Shown piece after piece: positions 1 to 10,254 of a stretch of DNA of 64,000 nucleotides. The DNA comes from a virus. The notes under the pieces were generated by a model. That model did no database searches and was not told where the DNA came from. It was given only the letters and a program-made list of their open reading frames with translations. Position numbers and translations under genes: made by a program. Within the stretch, counting starts at the first letter, position 1, and every line of letters begins with the position of its first letter. The DNA is taken from IMG/VR virus record IMGVR_UViG_3300037804_000222, positions 26,772-90,771 of that record. One strand, given 5' to 3'.

Positions 1-74
1 CGGATTCTCTTGTGCTTTCCATCAATAATTACTGTAACATCCGAGGGTGTTACTTTCGCTACTAAGTAGTTCAT
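1..74 (-). CDS. rIIB: rIIB-like protein, N-terminus (runs off window)
   Basis: ATG at 74 reads MNYLVAKVTPSDVTVIIDGKHKRI; lies immediately downstream of rIIA-like gene, the usual rIIA-rIIB order. Confidence 0.6.
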   Translation of the reverse strand, partial: MNYLVAKVTPSDVTVIIDGKHKRI

Positions 75-85
75 TGAAATTAATT

Positions 86-2464
86 TTAAGCGGTTAGTGT
101 TAATTTAACTGGTTGATTATTAGGCATTTTATCTTTTAAAGATAAGAAATCTTTGATAGAATTCCTAGATTCTGAATGGAAAGTTACATGGTTTAGAAGT
201 TCTAATCCTTGCGCATATTCCACCACTTCCTCTAGCTTATCTATCATATTCATACTATACCTAACATTGTCTGGTATATCAAGTTTCATAATCTCATCTA
301 CTATCGGTTTGATGTCCTCTTCACAACGCCAACACCCGTGGGTATTGTCTCTGTGATACTCATAAAGAGATCTGTATAAACCAAATAATGGCTTATCATA
401 CTCATTATAGTAATTTAGGAAGTTAAAGTGCTTGATATACTTTGCAATCTTTTGTGTAGTGGCAAATCTTTGTAGGTGTTTTGGACTTTTCATAAATTCG
501 TGTGCTGTTAGGAATCCGTCTAACTTTGCAAATTGCTTTGCAACGTCTTTGGATACTTTTACTACTCTATATTCTGATTCAAACCTATAACTGTAATTAT
601 AGTTACTAGTATAATAATCTTTACTACTACCAAGGACTGTGACAACTTTTACAAGTTCGTCAATATCCTTAGTCTCAGCATAAACTACAGCTTTTAAAGT
701 AGGCTCACCCTCTGCAGGATGTAGCATGTCTTGAAGATCTGAAACTTTATACTCTTGATTAGTGTACTTAATCTCAGTTTTCCAACCATCAGACTTGAAT
801 TCAGCATTACGAGCAAACACCATCTTATCTAGTTTACGACGTGTCTTATTGTCTACTATGTCACCGAACATTTCACTCTCGAGTTCTGCTTCTTCAACAT
901 CTGCATATTTTAATACAGAAGAAGATTTACCAAGAGTTCTAGATACAGTATTAAAGGTGGCAACTCTTTCTACAGATTTTCTACTATCAATTAAATTAGT
1001 TTTATCGCTTATACGACCACCTAACTTAAGTTTATCTGCTTTAAAAGAAATAAAATTACCCACATCATTTATAAGAGTATAACTTTTAGGTTTACTAAAG
1101 TTACCTTCTACATAATAAAATTGAGTGTGGTTCTTTATAGCAGCAAAGAATTCTGTCCAGTTGCTTAACTCTTTATTGTAAATAGTCTCACCTCCAATAG
1201 CACCTTTGTTAGAAACAATTTTACTTTCATAAAAATGTATCCCATCAAATATGTGATGAAAGTCTCTACTAGTCAAATGAAGTCCAGGACTAATTCCTGG
1301 GTTATGGTGAAATGGAATGTCAAATGCAGTTATACTACAAACAGAAGATTTGATTGCTTTAGGATCGTCACTTTGTAAAGAACTCCATGAACGGCCTCCA
1401 GTACCATAAAGTTGTGATACTGCTATTAAATACTCAACATAATCAGTGATTTGTTGGTATTCTGCAGCAATACTAGCTTTGAAGGCAGCTTTAATAGACT
1501 TTATCTTATTAAGAATAAGCTCAATAGTTTTTGGTGTATATCGCAGCTCTTCACGAGAGGGCACAAGATCTAGTATACCAATATCAAATTTAACTCCGAT
1601 ACTAGCTCTAAAACTAGATATATCTATACCAATTAAATCCCAATTAATAGGATAAACTACTCTACCCACAAGTAAAAATGGATCTCTACCATCATTAGTC
1701 ATAAGGTAATCTTGTGTTTCTTCTATGGCCTTTTTACTTTCAAGCCCAGAAGTATAGTAATTATTAACCTTACCTAAAGCTTCTTCTACATTCTTAAATA
1801 CTATGTTTTGAAAGAAAGGAAGCTGCTCTTCAATAGACTCTCTAAACTTACGTCTATCATAAGAGCCCTCGATAGGAACAATTACCGTGGTACCATTTTG
1901 CTGATCTGTAGAAGTTTGGTAAACCTGGTCCATATGTGGTACATTATCATTGTTACGATAAAGCATGTAATATGTTTCAGTACCATTATGTCTACTAGAT
2001 ACATAAAATGTTTCTGTGTAGGCTAAAGGAGATTTAGCTCCTAGCCCAAAGCCACCAATTTCATAATTGTTATCTCTCTTAGTAGAGGCCCCAAATGTAG
2101 TAAATACATTTCGAACTCTTTCTTCAGAAAGACCACAACCATAGTCATGGAACATCATACACTCATCTATTCCTAGAATTGTGTTCTTGTCAATGTATTC
2201 AATACAAACCGTTTGCTTTTTAGACCAAAAACTAGTGTCATCTGTACCCTCCATAGGAATTTTGCCGTCTAGTTTAAGATCTCGCTCGCGGTTTGCATCG
2301 ATACAATTCGAAGTTATCTCACGGACAATCGAACCAATAGGATCCGAGTATAAATTAATCAGGCTATCCATAATGATAGCCTGAGAGTCGTCTGTGATTT
2401 TAAATTTGTGTTGTTGTTGTACGCCAATTACTTCATTGACGTTTGTGTGTTGGATGATTTTCAT
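86..2464 (-). CDS. rIIA: rIIA-like protein (GHKL/HATPase N-terminal domain)
   Basis: LYSDPIGSIVREITSNCIDA, DYGCGLS, FGASTKR, IGGFGLGAKSPLAY, NGTTV GHKL motifs; LVPSREELRY. Confidence 0.85.
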   Translation of the reverse strand: MKIIQHTNVNEVIGVQQQHKFKITDDSQAIIMDSLINLYSDPIGSIVREITSNCIDANRERDLKLDGKIPMEGTDDTSFWSKKQTVCIEYIDKNTILGIDECMMFHDYGCGLSEERVRNVFTTFGASTKRDNNYEIGGFGLGAKSPLAYTETFYVSSRHNGTETYYMLYRNNDNVPHMDQVYQTSTDQQNGTTVIVPIEGSYDRRKFRESIEEQLPFFQNIVFKNVEEALGKVNNYYTSGLESKKAIEETQDYLMTNDGRDPFLLVGRVVYPINWDLIGIDISSFRASIGVKFDIGILDLVPSREELRYTPKTIELILNKIKSIKAAFKASIAAEYQQITDYVEYLIAVSQLYGTGGRSWSSLQSDDPKAIKSSVCSITAFDIPFHHNPGISPGLHLTSRDFHHIFDGIHFYESKIVSNKGAIGGETIYNKELSNWTEFFAAIKNHTQFYYVEGNFSKPKSYTLINDVGNFISFKADKLKLGGRISDKTNLIDSRKSVERVATFNTVSRTLGKSSSVLKYADVEEAELESEMFGDIVDNKTRRKLDKMVFARNAEFKSDGWKTEIKYTNQEYKVSDLQDMLHPAEGEPTLKAVVYAETKDIDELVKVVTVLGSSKDYYTSNYNYSYRFESEYRVVKVSKDVAKQFAKLDGFLTAHEFMKSPKHLQRFATTQKIAKYIKHFNFLNYYNEYDKPLFGLYRSLYEYHRDNTHGCWRCEEDIKPIVDEIMKLDIPDNVRYSMNMIDKLEEVVEYAQGLELLNHVTFHSESRNSIKDFLSLKDKMPNNQPVKLTLTA

Positions 2465-3033
2465 TACTCAAATGGTTTTTTATCAGGTTTTAAAGGTTCT
2501 TCGTACTTAAATTTCTCAGTGTAAATTTCTAAACTCATATCAGGTACAGAAGAAACTTCTGCATCATCAGGTATAGGCATCTCAAGTGCTTCTTCCCATT
2601 CTTCTCTAAGATCAGGATGTTTGAATAAAACTTGAGCAACCCTATGACTAGGATCTTTTATACCATGAAATTTAAATATATGTACTTTATAGTCTTGAGG
2701 AAATTCAGAATACTTACCATCAAGAAACTTATCATATATCTCTTTATGACTATCTGGGATCTTAAAGGCAAACATCACATGATGCTTATCAGGATCATAA
2801 GAAAGCTCAAAAAGCTCTTCTTTTTCAAGATAATCTTCATATTCTAGAAAGACTTTAGCTCCAGAAAATTTATAAAGTAAAAATAAATGATTAGTTAATT
2901 CAGGCTTATCCGCACTTTTTATAAATGTGTTTAATAAGTTTTCTGTTTTGACATCAAAATATAATGCCAACATTGGTAATACGTATGTAAAAGATTTATT
3001 TCGCATCAATCTACCTTCATAATCTCTCTGCAT
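2464..3033 (-). CDS. hypothetical protein
   Basis: 189-aa ORF whose stop abuts the rIIA start; in operon. Confidence 0.75.
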   Translation of the reverse strand: MQRDYEGRLMRNKSFTYVLPMLALYFDVKTENLLNTFIKSADKPELTNHLFLLYKFSGAKVFLEYEDYLEKEELFELSYDPDKHHVMFAFKIPDSHKEIYDKFLDGKYSEFPQDYKVHIFKFHGIKDPSHRVAQVLFKHPDLREEWEEALEMPIPDDAEVSSVPDMSLEIYTEKFKYEEPLKPDKKPFE

Positions 3034-3049
3034 AGCGAAAATTTAAAAA

Positions 3050-4024
3050 TTAATACATTACGATTTCCTCGAATCCTTGCTTAACAGTCCAACTGTTAGT
3101 ATCCTTATAATGTTTATACTCAGCTAATAAAGATTCAATTTCTTTATTACCCTCATCTAACCATTCTTTAGGAAGCTGGTAAACTGCTACATCATAAGAT
3201 CCTTTAGTATCAACTGCTACTATAAAAGACTCAACCTTGTAATCAGGGTATTCAGCTTTAATAGCGTTAATATAAAAGGCAAGTTGTCTATAATATGAAT
3301 ATTGTAAACATGAGTACATAAATCCTGTAACATGCCAATCTCTCATAAGTATACCAGTTTTAGTTTTAAGTGGTTTACACTCTCCATAAACTTGATTACT
3401 TGTAGTCTTAAGATCAACAAAAGTTATAGTTTTAGTTTTCTCATCAATTGTAATTCTATCTAATTTAGATTTACAATCTACTTCATGCATATTAAAGTAA
3501 ATCTCTTTTTCAGCAAAAGAACTGTCTTCATTTTGAAATAATAGTTTATTTGCAACGACGTGTCCTTTTAAAGATGTTAAACATCCTTCTACAATTTGAC
3601 GGTCTTTTACTGTAAGAGCAATTTTACCATCTGCACTTTTTAAGAATTCATAAAAGGTAGCATTCTCTGGTTTATTCTTAAAACTTTTAAGAACTGTTTC
3701 AGGTTTAGAATGAGATGGTTTATAACCAGACATTTGGTACGCCATATTAGATATTTGATCTTCTGGGGTACCAACTTTCTCTAATTCAAAATAAGCTTTG
3801 ATATATTCACCCATTTTACCACCAACAGGTTCTACGTCGGCTACTATAAATGAGTCAGGCTCAAGTGTAAATTTATGAATAAGAGTACCAAGTTCCATTG
3901 CGGCGCTCTTGGTTCGCATTTCTTGCTGTTTACGCATAACAAATCTACGAGGAGATAATTTAAGCTCTCCTATATCACTGTTTGATATAGATTCCTTAGC
4001 GTAGTAATTCGATTCTTCTGACAT
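3050..4024 (-). CDS. PD-(D/E)XK exonuclease (RecE/ExoVIII, DUF3799-like)
   Basis: ISNSDI, AMELGTLIH, CKSKLDRI, FVDLKTT, YYRQLAFY motifs; start probably ATG 4024 (track gives 4036). Confidence 0.85.
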   Translation of the reverse strand: MSEESNYYAKESISNSDIGELKLSPRRFVMRKQQEMRTKSAAMELGTLIHKFTLEPDSFIVADVEPVGGKMGEYIKAYFELEKVGTPEDQISNMAYQMSGYKPSHSKPETVLKSFKNKPENATFYEFLKSADGKIALTVKDRQIVEGCLTSLKGHVVANKLLFQNEDSSFAEKEIYFNMHEVDCKSKLDRITIDEKTKTITFVDLKTTSNQVYGECKPLKTKTGILMRDWHVTGFMYSCLQYSYYRQLAFYINAIKAEYPDYKVESFIVAVDTKGSYDVAVYQLPKEWLDEGNKEIESLLAEYKHYKDTNSWTVKQGFEEIVMY

Positions 4025-4307
4025 CGGTTTTATCAAGTGTTAAAGTTAGTAATTCCATGTACTCATTATACAACTCTTGTCGTACATTATGTGCATGTAT
4101 TTTAGCGTTAGCAATTCTTCTTGAGCCATCATCTGGAAGTTCTTCACTAATATATAGTTCAGAGTCTTCTAATGCTTGCTCGAGATAATATCTCACAATA
4201 TTATCGTGCCCATTATCCAGTGCGGATGTAAGCAATCGGATGTCCATAAAAAATCTGAGATTATTAAAACATTTATCTCTGAATTCTTCTGGGTATTTAA
4301 TTTTCAT
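3996..4307 (-). CDS. hypothetical protein
   Basis: 103-aa ORF in operon. Confidence 0.7.
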   Translation of the reverse strand: MKIKYPEEFRDKCFNNLRFFMDIRLLTSALDNGHDNIVRYYLEQALEDSELYISEELPDDGSRRIANAKIHAHNVRQELYNEYMELLTLTLDKTDVRRIELLR

Positions 4308-4309
4308 AC

Positions 4310-4696
4310 TTAAGATTTTAAAACGTTAATATATACTCCTGGATTATCTTTATCGTATTCAAACTCTAAGAAAATAGGAAGCATTTCATCTGCATTATCA
4401 TCAGAGATCCACCCATACTTTACCATTTGATCTTGTATTGTTTGTGCGGGATTTATGTAGTCAAACTTATGCCTACTTTTCCTTACAAACTTAAACGAGA
4501 TTCTATATGGTTTTTTGTTTTGTGAATCCTTGCCTTTTAATAGCTTTTGAAACTCTTTCTTATTTTCTATCCAATACTGTTTACTGTTCTTGTAATAGCG
4601 TTGGGTTTGTTTAGATACTATAAAGTATCTCCCTGTCCATCTTCTACCGTTTTTACTTGACGGCACGTTTCCTGGTATGAATATTCCTCTTGGCAT
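4310..4696 (-). CDS. RusA-like Holliday junction resolvase
   Basis: IPGNVPSSKN start, FDYIN..IQDQMVKYGWISDDN acidic pattern, DKDNPGVYI end. Confidence 0.7.
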   Translation of the reverse strand: MPRGIFIPGNVPSSKNGRRWTGRYFIVSKQTQRYYKNSKQYWIENKKEFQKLLKGKDSQNKKPYRISFKFVRKSRHKFDYINPAQTIQDQMVKYGWISDDNADEMLPIFLEFEYDKDNPGVYINVLKS

Positions 4697-5694
4697 ACAT
4701 GTTCTATTAGTTCAGCCGTTCTTCTAACTCCGTGAAGAGCAATGAAGTCCGAAAAATCTTTTACTTTATGATCAAAGGTACTAAATTTTCCGTTAGTAAA
4801 AAATAACGGCGTAAACCCGTATAACTTTCTATGCTTATTTGCAAAAGTTACACCAGTACGATCAAAATCATATAATATGTATATTTTGCCAAATCTGTCA
4901 TATAAATTATCTACAACATCTGCAGGAATGACACAACTTTCCGAAGAAGGTGCAATAGAGGGGATTTCAAATATATCCAAACACATAGCATCTTTTAATG
5001 CTTTAGTAATAACTAGCGTGTCTCCGCTTTTAGGCAGTTGGCTCAAACCTTGAAGGTCAGACGCGCTAGTATTACTAAGCCATTTATATACTAAGCTATA
5101 TGGTTGGTATATTTTCATCTTACCATCACCAAAGTCGAAGGCATAAATAGGATTATATTTGTTACTACTAACAATGAGATTACCGTTAATCCATACATGT
5201 AGTACAGGTTTAACGTTAAACTTATTTAATATAGCACAATCAATTCCAAATTTAGACCAAAACTCTTTATCTTCTTTAGAATTCCAAGGACGCGATTTAA
5301 TTTGTATAGTAGTAGAAGAGAGTTCAATATTTGCAAGCTCTTTTATGTGTACTCCTACATATTGTTTAGTAGGAGTTGTAAAAGATGTATTAGAAATACC
5401 CAGCTGAAAATCGTTATCTATGAGACGATATGTGGCAAATCTAGTAAGGCCAAACATTTTAGTTAAAAATGTAAAACAATCACCAGTCTCACCAGTACTA
5501 AAGTCTTTAAAGAAGAATTTTCCACTATTATGTCTAAAAACAGTGAACGAAGGAGATTTATCTTTACGAAGAGGAGAGCACATAGCTCTCGTCGCTCTAA
5601 AATCTTTTCCTATATAATAAGCAAAGATGTCTAAGCAGGTTACCCTGCTTAGAATCTCATCTTCACTTAATTCTACTACTTTACTACCGTACAT
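4618..5694 (-). CDS. DNA primase (DnaG-like, N-terminal Zn-finger-like region + TOPRIM)
   Basis: CSPLRKDKSPSF..FKDFSTGETGD; LVITKALKDAM; YDFDRTG; KDFSD. Confidence 0.85.
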   Translation of the reverse strand: MYGSKVVELSEDEILSRVTCLDIFAYYIGKDFRATRAMCSPLRKDKSPSFTVFRHNSGKFFFKDFSTGETGDCFTFLTKMFGLTRFATYRLIDNDFQLGISNTSFTTPTKQYVGVHIKELANIELSSTTIQIKSRPWNSKEDKEFWSKFGIDCAILNKFNVKPVLHVWINGNLIVSSNKYNPIYAFDFGDGKMKIYQPYSLVYKWLSNTSASDLQGLSQLPKSGDTLVITKALKDAMCLDIFEIPSIAPSSESCVIPADVVDNLYDRFGKIYILYDFDRTGVTFANKHRKLYGFTPLFFTNGKFSTFDHKVKDFSDFIALHGVRRTAELIEHVCQEEYSYQETCRQVKTVEDGQGDTL

Positions 5695-6248
5695 TAGAAC
5701 GGCATTTCAGCTCCACCAGTAGCTAATACTGTTTCTGGAGCTGTAGCAGCAGCATCTGGTTCAGGTTTAACTAATTTCTTTTTATTCCAGTCTGAAATAT
5801 AGATATTAGTTTTCTCTGTAGGGATGTCCATGCTTTCAATAAAATTAGGAAATTTAGGAAGTGATACATATTTACCCTTGTAAATAAATAACATTCTAAA
5901 TTTTCTACCTATATATTTCTGCCCTAAAAGGCTTGTAACTTTGTTACCGTACTCTGCAAATGTTGTTACATTGTCGATAACAAATTCTGGTTCAGGCATA
6001 CACTTAGTAGCAATATGCTTAACACGACGAGATACATCTGTAGCTTGCTTCTCTACATCTCCAAAATCTGGATTAGCAGGGAATTCTGCATGCTTAACTG
6101 TTGCACCATTTGGTTGCTTAAACTCAAAGTCTAAACGCCCACCTTTATCCATATTTAAGGATACACTTACTAATTCGCAGTTTTCTACGATACCTACTGC
6201 TGGCATTACTCCACCAGTACTGTTGCTTTCTACGTTACTTCCGTACAT
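5694..6248 (-). CDS. putative ssDNA-binding/recombination-associated protein
   Basis: Beta-rich body with acidic EMPF C-terminal tail; follows Sak4-like ATPase. Confidence 0.5.
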   Translation of the reverse strand: MYGSNVESNSTGGVMPAVGIVENCELVSVSLNMDKGGRLDFEFKQPNGATVKHAEFPANPDFGDVEKQATDVSRRVKHIATKCMPEPEFVIDNVTTFAEYGNKVTSLLGQKYIGRKFRMLFIYKGKYVSLPKFPNFIESMDIPTEKTNIYISDWNKKKLVKPEPDAAATAPETVLATGGAEMPF

Positions 6249-6277
6249 TTTTCTCTCTTTTAAGAATTAATTACTAA

Positions 6278-6955
6278 TTATTGATACTCTTCGATAGCTT
6301 GTGCTACCAATGATAAATCGTTTGGAATTTTAACAGATCCAAACATGTCTTTAGGGGCTTTCCCTGTATTAGCACCATCATTTTCTGTAATGAATGAATA
6401 CTCCATACCGTTCTCACCCTTCGTTACGTCTGTGTACAATACAATTGTAAACATACCCTCAAGAGTAACTACATTGTCCATCATTTTACCGATAGTTTTA
6501 GCTTTGGTAACTTTATTACCGTGGGCATCAAATGTAACTTCTGAGTGCATCATAAACACAACTAATAAATCATCGCGCATAGCTTTAACTGCATTGATAA
6601 CTGACCAAGCATTCTGAGCAATCTCAGTAAACTTTTTGAAACCAGTTTCGTTAGCTCTACGCATGTATTCATTAGCCATAGTGTATTGATAATCATCAAC
6701 AATAATCGTCTTGATTTCAGGACGCTTCTCGTTAATGTAATTCAAACATCCAAGAATTTCATGTGGCACATCTGTAGAACAGAAATTACCTTTAGGATTC
6801 TCTTTGTCGAATGTGGGATACTTAGTCTTCCATCCTTTAAACGGTAATGCTTTACGAGCTACGTTTACAATAAAGGTTGACTCAGGGTTTAAGTTCTCAA
6901 TTGAGGTGGATTTCCCTGTTCCACTAGCGCCAACTATTAATACTTCTTGTGCCAT
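6278..6955 (-). CDS. AAA_24/Sak4-like ATPase
   Basis: Walker A GASGTGKST, Walker B IIVDD, KTIGKMMD..LEGMFTIVLY. Confidence 0.85.
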   Translation of the reverse strand: MAQEVLIVGASGTGKSTSIENLNPESTFIVNVARKALPFKGWKTKYPTFDKENPKGNFCSTDVPHEILGCLNYINEKRPEIKTIIVDDYQYTMANEYMRRANETGFKKFTEIAQNAWSVINAVKAMRDDLLVVFMMHSEVTFDAHGNKVTKAKTIGKMMDNVVTLEGMFTIVLYTDVTKGENGMEYSFITENDGANTGKAPKDMFGSVKIPNDLSLVAQAIEEYQ

Positions 6956-7252
6956 TTAAAATAGATTAATTTCGGTTTTTACTTTGCTTTCTTCTGCGTG
7001 TCTAGCATCCCATTTGGTTCCTCTAAGCTCTGTGTGTTTTTCTTGAAGTTTACGACGACACCGACTCACTCCTTCAAATGAAGGGTAGCTTTTATCATGT
7101 AAACCTTTTAGAAAATCTTTAGTGCTTAGTGTATGTATATTGACATTGTGTGACAATAATACAAAACCATATAGAACATAGTCGCAATCTCTAGCCTTTG
7201 ACTTATGAAGAAGGATTGATGATACCTTCTTCTCGTACTTCTTGATCTTCAT
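6956..7252 (-). CDS. hypothetical protein
   Basis: 98-aa ORF, PSFEGVSRCRRKLQE motif seen in small phage proteins. Confidence 0.7.
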   Translation of the reverse strand: MKIKKYEKKVSSILLHKSKARDCDYVLYGFVLLSHNVNIHTLSTKDFLKGLHDKSYPSFEGVSRCRRKLQEKHTELRGTKWDARHAEESKVKTEINLF

Positions 7253-8198
7253 TGCTCGAATAGGTTGGTGGTTTAGCGTCTAATATTTGATTATGAGCCA
7301 AATCATTTTCCATAAGCGCAATGCAAGGCTCGCCCTCCCTAACCTTCAAGTAATGCCAAAATATAGCATTATCTGTAGGCCATCTCTTTGGGCCATATGC
7401 CCTAATACCAAGCATCTCTGGTCTGTGTGTTACAATGACAATGTCAGAATACATATAACATGCATCTGCACCAAAAATATCTTGTTTCTTAGGGTAATGT
7501 AAATCAGGATTTTGGATACGTTCTGAATTCTCTATGTTACGATTCATTTGAGATATTAGAATAAATGCTACTCTAATAACCTTTTTTAAACCGTTAAACA
7601 TAGCCATCAAATCATAGAGTAAATCTCTATCTTGTGCTCCGCCTACCTTCTTTACAAGTAAAGTATGATCTAACATGATTATAACAGGTTTGTCTTTCTC
7701 TTTAGAGAATGCTAATATAGTTGCCTCTAAAGCTTTAACACTACCTGGTATATCTACATAATTTATATCATACTTATTTAACTTGCGAGCCTCTTGTACA
7801 GCGTTCATATAGTAATTATCGTTAAGCGTAAAGCTTTCCGACGCACTATAGAGTTGCTGTGTAGTAAGTTTCATCTTGTTACTAAGCTTACGGCCAATCA
7901 GCCGTGAAGAGAGCATCTCAAAGTTAAATGATAGTATTGCAAAATCGTCATTTTGATTAAGATCTTTCAATCCTGTTTCAAGTTGACCGAGTACTGCAGT
8001 TTTACCGCTACCAGACATACCAGCAATAGTTGTGATAGTCTGCCATTCTATTCCTCCCATAGAAATATTATTAAACTTTTTCCATGGGGTGATTAGAGAT
8101 TTAATAATTCCTTTTCTTCTGCCATCTATGTAGCGTAATGCTGCACTAGAGGCTTTAGATATGTGGCGCCAAGGTAATGCTTTCTGTTCCTCGCTCAT
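7203..8198 (-). CDS. dnaB: replicative DnaB-like (SF4) helicase, C-terminal domain only
   Basis: GMSGSGKT, FNFEM, IMLDH, ISQMNR, LKVREG motifs. Confidence 0.9.
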   Translation of the reverse strand: MSEEQKALPWRHISKASSAALRYIDGRRKGIIKSLITPWKKFNNISMGGIEWQTITTIAGMSGSGKTAVLGQLETGLKDLNQNDDFAILSFNFEMLSSRLIGRKLSNKMKLTTQQLYSASESFTLNDNYYMNAVQEARKLNKYDINYVDIPGSVKALEATILAFSKEKDKPVIIMLDHTLLVKKVGGAQDRDLLYDLMAMFNGLKKVIRVAFILISQMNRNIENSERIQNPDLHYPKKQDIFGADACYMYSDIVIVTHRPEMLGIRAYGPKRWPTDNAIFWHYLKVREGEPCIALMENDLAHNQILDAKPPTYSSNEDQEVREEGIINPSS

Positions 8199-8740
8199 AC
8201 TAAATCTTCTCCATAAGTTTGTTCGTCTTCTATTGGCTCGTTATGTTCTGTGTTTTCATACATAGTCCAAGCTTCTTGGTTTATATATGAACTCATCATC
8301 TTCCAACGAGGACGAAATTCATTAATCCAACTTGCACGTTTTCTATCTTCTTTCTCATTTTCTAGAGCTTGTAAAATAGTTTCATGTAAATCTGGATTTT
8401 TTTCTACTAATGATAAATATTTAAGTTTATTACGCTTTTTATCATTATGTAAAGGGCGACTTTGATCCTTCATAGGATAAGCTACCACAAATTGATTCCA
8501 ACAATCCTCACATCCTCGTACTTTAAATAAATCCAACGCTTTTTGACGGAGCATAAATGACTGATCGGGCATTATTTTAATAAAGCCACGGGTCTGTAAT
8601 TTTTCACTGTCTATAGGTAGAATTTCTAAATATTTTTGAACTTGTTTATCTCCTTCGCTTTTAAGAAGCATATAAACAAACTCACTAGGAGTAAGCTTGT
8701 TGCCCTTCAACTTGGTTAAGTTTAAAGACACTTTCATCAC
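8195..8740 (-). CDS. hypothetical protein, possible replication initiator/helicase loader
   Basis: 181 aa, directly upstream of DnaB; WNQFVVAYPMK..WKMMSSYINQEAW resembles phage replisome-organiser C-termini. Confidence 0.45.
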   Translation of the reverse strand: MMKVSLNLTKLKGNKLTPSEFVYMLLKSEGDKQVQKYLEILPIDSEKLQTRGFIKIMPDQSFMLRQKALDLFKVRGCEDCWNQFVVAYPMKDQSRPLHNDKKRNKLKYLSLVEKNPDLHETILQALENEKEDRKRASWINEFRPRWKMMSSYINQEAWTMYENTEHNEPIEDEQTYGEDLV

Positions 8741-8837
8741 AGTTTAGATATTTATCGAGTTCCTCTTCAGTTAAGCTTACCAGAGAATCGTCTGGTAAAC
8801 ATCTTAATTCTTCTTCACATTCAATACAATTAATCAT
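8685..8837 (-). CDS. small hypothetical protein (50 aa, not in ORF track)
   Basis: MINCIECEEELRCLPDDSLVSLTEEELDKYLNC...; start overlaps the stop of the upstream gene and fills the gap. Confidence 0.5.
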   Translation of the reverse strand: MINCIECEEELRCLPDDSLVSLTEEELDKYLNCDESVFKLNQVEGQQAYS

Positions 8838-9069
8838 GATACTTTATATTACCTTCAGAATCCCTATTTTGCTCTGATGCCTGCACCGTAAAGAGATATA
8901 AATATACGTCTTTTTTAGATACTATGCAACCAAATTCCATTTGCATTATCTCTGCTATTGCAGCTGGAGCTAAAGTCTCTAAATCTTGATAATAGAATTT
9001 CAACACTTGAAAAATGTGAAATATCTCATCAAAATTTAGAGCTTTGCCTTTATAGGGGCTTTCTTTCAT
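8830..9069 (-). CDS. hypothetical protein
   Basis: 79-aa ORF in operon. Confidence 0.65.
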   Translation of the reverse strand: MKESPYKGKALNFDEIFHIFQVLKFYYQDLETLAPAAIAEIMQMEFGCIVSKKDVYLYLFTVQASEQNRDSEGNIKYHD

Positions 9070-9081
9070 ATTTACATTATT

Positions 9082-9861
9082 TTAATGCCAATGAAGATTA
9101 TTTTGAGTTTCCTCTAGCAATGCAATTTCATCTGCAACATGCTTTTTATAATCTTTTAAGACATAATCTTCTGTAAATGTATGCAATTTTGTGTACTTTT
9201 CCAAAGCGTTTGACGGGTGTGCTGCCTTTAGTGCCTCAGTACATGCGTTATACGCTGACCATAATGTCCGCTCTTTAAACACGGGGGATTCAAACCATTC
9301 ATTAGCTGCTTTATTCATTTGAGAACCATTTAAAATGTGCTCATTTACAAATAATTGGCCAAGATAATCTCCCACCTGTTTATCGCTAAATTGTATTTCT
9401 TTCATAAACCCTGCATCTTCATGTGCTTGTTTATATCTACGATCTACATCTTCAAATAATTTTTGAATCAATACATCAAGATCGTCTTGCACATTTTGTG
9501 TGTGTTTACGCATATTGATAATATCACCTACAAACATTAAGTTAGAGCACACCATTACTGATGCTCCTCCACACAATCCTATAGGTAATGTTTTATCATA
9601 AGAGTTACGGAAGCCAATAGTTCTATTCATACCGCTTCCGTTTGACATACTAGCTCCATCGTGAAACGTTAAGCTGCCAAACATTTGTTGGCCTCTGTGG
9701 TTTACCTCTAGTTTTTCTTTGTGCGGGGACACTCCATAATGTTTTGTGCCCGCCTCTTTAATTCTTGTTACTAATTCTTGGTGACTTACTGGTACATAAG
9801 TCTCTGTTTGAGCTGGCACTGTTATCATGCCTAGCTCACCGAAATCTACTACTTTTGCCAT
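9082..9861 (-). CDS. DUF932/DUF945-family protein
   Basis: TYVPVSHQEL, IGFRNSYDK, VMVCSNLMF, RKHT, TLWSAYNACTE. Confidence 0.8.
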   Translation of the reverse strand: MAKVVDFGELGMITVPAQTETYVPVSHQELVTRIKEAGTKHYGVSPHKEKLEVNHRGQQMFGSLTFHDGASMSNGSGMNRTIGFRNSYDKTLPIGLCGGASVMVCSNLMFVGDIINMRKHTQNVQDDLDVLIQKLFEDVDRRYKQAHEDAGFMKEIQFSDKQVGDYLGQLFVNEHILNGSQMNKAANEWFESPVFKERTLWSAYNACTEALKAAHPSNALEKYTKLHTFTEDYVLKDYKKHVADEIALLEETQNNLHWH

Positions 9862-10075
9862 TGCTTCCGTTTGTTTTAGGGTCCTTATATGTCTTCAAGT
9901 ACTTAAATGCACGAGAAGGATTAACTTTGGGTGCTTCGTCCCAACCAAATTGTAACTTAAATGAATGATCAGTTACAAATTTTGTGGCGGGAGGATGCTT
10001 AACTTTAATAAGCTCTTTGTCGACTTTTACCTTTTTAATCAAAGGTTTGTAGTCTAAATAAGTTTTACTAGGCAT
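9836..10075 (-). CDS. hypothetical protein
   Basis: 79-aa basic ORF. Confidence 0.6.
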   Translation of the reverse strand: MPSKTYLDYKPLIKKVKVDKELIKVKHPPATKFVTDHSFKLQFGWDEAPKVNPSRAFKYLKTYKDPKTNGSNGKSSRFR

Positions 10076-10077
10076 AT

Positions 10078-10254
10078 CTATACTTTTGTTTTTAGTTCTT
10101 CAATCTCTGTTTCAAGTATATCTGTAGCTTCTGTTAATAATTTAACTTGTTTTTGCAGCGAATTTAATTGCTGCTGTTGTAATAATACTAACTCTGCTAA
10201 TTTAGATGTTCCTGTTGAAAGATTTTGTTCTGAAGGTTTAGTTTCTACGTCCAT
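10078..10254 (-). CDS. small coiled-coil protein (58 aa, not in track)
   Basis: MDVETKPSEQ...LQQQQLNSLQKQVKLLTEATDILETEIEELKTKV; tiles with neighbours. Confidence 0.55.
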   Translation of the reverse strand: MDVETKPSEQNLSTGTSKLAELVLLQQQQLNSLQKQVKLLTEATDILETEIEELKTKV

